Below, piece by piece: positions 23,929 to 25,050 of a DNA stretch of 25,050 nt. The position numbers and the translations under genes were made by a program. Source of the DNA: a virus. Taxonomy: Duplodnaviria; Caudoviricetes. The DNA lies in the IMG/VR virus record IMGVR_UViG_3300033067_002058, positions 1-25,050 of that record; one strand, given 5' to 3'. Within the stretch, counting starts at the first letter, position 1. Each line of letters begins with the position of its first letter. The notes under the pieces are model-generated. The model worked only from the letters and a program-made list of their open reading frames with translations, made no database searches and had not been told where the DNA came from.

Positions 23929-25035
23929 CTACTTCGTGAGAGCGCCCAAAGGAGCGCCGGCCTTCGCTTGCCGCGCCTGCTCCTCTGCGCGATTCTTCTG
24001 CGCCTTCGCGATCGGCGACTCGTCCTCGTCAACCTTCGGCGACGTGGTGACTTCGTTCGTCTGCGCGAGGCTCTTGTTCTCTGACGCGACTTGCTTCGTC
24101 GCGATGTCGAACGCTGCCGCGACGTAGTCGTCGCTCTTGCCGTCGAAGTTCGCCTTCGAATCGACCTTCACAAGCGCGGCGATCCGAATCTCGCGATCCG
24201 ACTTGCCCTTCGCGTCAAAGTCCTTGCCGAGAACAGAACGAGCAGAGTCGAGAAGCGCAACACGCGCCTCGACTCGAGCGTCTTCGCTCTTCTTCGCGTC
24301 GGCCGCATCGGTGCGAACCTTCTCAGCGTCACGCTTCGCCGCGTCGCGCTCTGCCTCGAGCGTATCGGCGCGCTTCTTCTGATCGGCCGAGTCGGACCGA
24401 GCAGCGTCGCGCTCCTTCCTCAGCGCTTCCGATTCCGCGCGGGCGGCGTCGAGATCTTTTTGAAGGGTATCGGATGAAGGGGCGTCAACGCGTTTTTCGG
24501 CCATTGCATGAGGAGCGTAGGCAGCACCGTCGAGCAACCTGACGGACGAACCCGCACGCCCCCACGACGACGGGCCAAGCGCCGCGTGATTCCCCCGGAT
24601 GTTCTTCTGAATGGCGTCGTATTCTTCGCCGGCATCGGTACGGCCAGGTGAATGTTCGAGGTCGACGGCGTATCCCATCGACAACTCCACGAGCTCGCCG
24701 TCGTCGATCTTCTTAAGGGCCTTCTCGTCCTTGACGACGAGGGAGGCCATGACGAAGTCGCCGTCTTCGCGAACGTCGTCGCCGACGTGACCGATCGCAT
24801 AGTCACGCCAGTTCGACGCATCGAGCCACGCGGCGTGTCCCTCGGTGACGGTCAGACCGCGGAACGAATCGAGCGCCTCTTTCTTGAAGACATCCTCAGG
24901 GAGGCGAAGCTCTTTGTGATCGCCGTAGTCGAAGACTCCTACGCGCGTAAGTCTCGCGGTGAAACGGACGCTGCCGTCACCGAGATCCGTTCTGCCGTCC
25001 AGCCTTCCGTGGAAGTCGATCCGTCGTTCGCTCAC
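23929..25035 (-). CDS. Prohead protease / scaffold (DUF2213-like)
   Basis: ARLTRVGVFDY, ELRLPEDVF...SF.G..VT.GH, ELSMGY and YDAIQKNIRGNHAAL...GRAG..VRL.D, followed by a coiled-coil scaffold region. Confidence 0.9.
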   Translation of the reverse strand: MSERRIDFHGRLDGRTDLGDGSVRFTARLTRVGVFDYGDHKELRLPEDVFKKEALDSFRGLTVTEGHAAWLDASNWRDYAIGHVGDDVREDGDFVMASLVVKDEKALKKIDDGELVELSMGYAVDLEHSPGRTDAGEEYDAIQKNIRGNHAALGPSSWGRAGSSVRLLDGAAYAPHAMAEKRVDAPSSDTLQKDLDAARAESEALRKERDAARSDSADQKKRADTLEAERDAAKRDAEKVRTDAADAKKSEDARVEARVALLDSARSVLGKDFDAKGKSDREIRIAALVKVDSKANFDGKSDDYVAAAFDIATKQVASENKSLAQTNEVTTSPKVDEDESPIAKAQKNRAEEQARQAKAGAPLGALTK

Positions 25036-25050
25036 CCGGCGAGGCTAGGG

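Noticed and set aside
1480-25047. CRISPR array or integron attC cassettes as the explanation for the repeated motif
   Set aside because: The motif is only 7-8 nt, irregularly spaced, non-palindromic beyond CTAG and fixed relative to start codons. The integrase has an ordinary tRNA attP.

Overview
This window is part of a temperate, GC-rich myovirus genome in its unintegrated form: an intact attP lies between phage genes. It holds a four-gene lysis cassette (GH25 endolysin), baseplate J/wedge, tailspike, a head-spike pair resembling RcGTA GhsB/GhsA, a tail fibre and a tyrosine integrase whose ORF runs through a tRNA-Lys attP core. It also holds sheath, tube, a frameshifting chaperone, tape measure, baseplate and neck genes, an accessory operon (MazG-like protein, N6-methyltransferase) and a reverse-strand head module (DUF2213-like, decoration, DUF2184-like capsid). 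Four things stand out. (1) The morphogenesis genes are scrambled and split across both strands, and almost every block starts with C-TAG(C/T)CT 5-6 nt before a GTG start, suggesting genome-wide leaderless late promoters. (2) A second promoter class carries a GGTACTAACA box, which also appears as an inverted pair before the integrase. (3) An HNH gene has inserted into the first codons of the tape-measure gene and supplies a synonymously recoded replacement N-terminus. (4) Two paralogous matrixin-like lipoprotein genes sit among the structural genes. All family names come from recognising motifs and gene context by eye; no database search was run.
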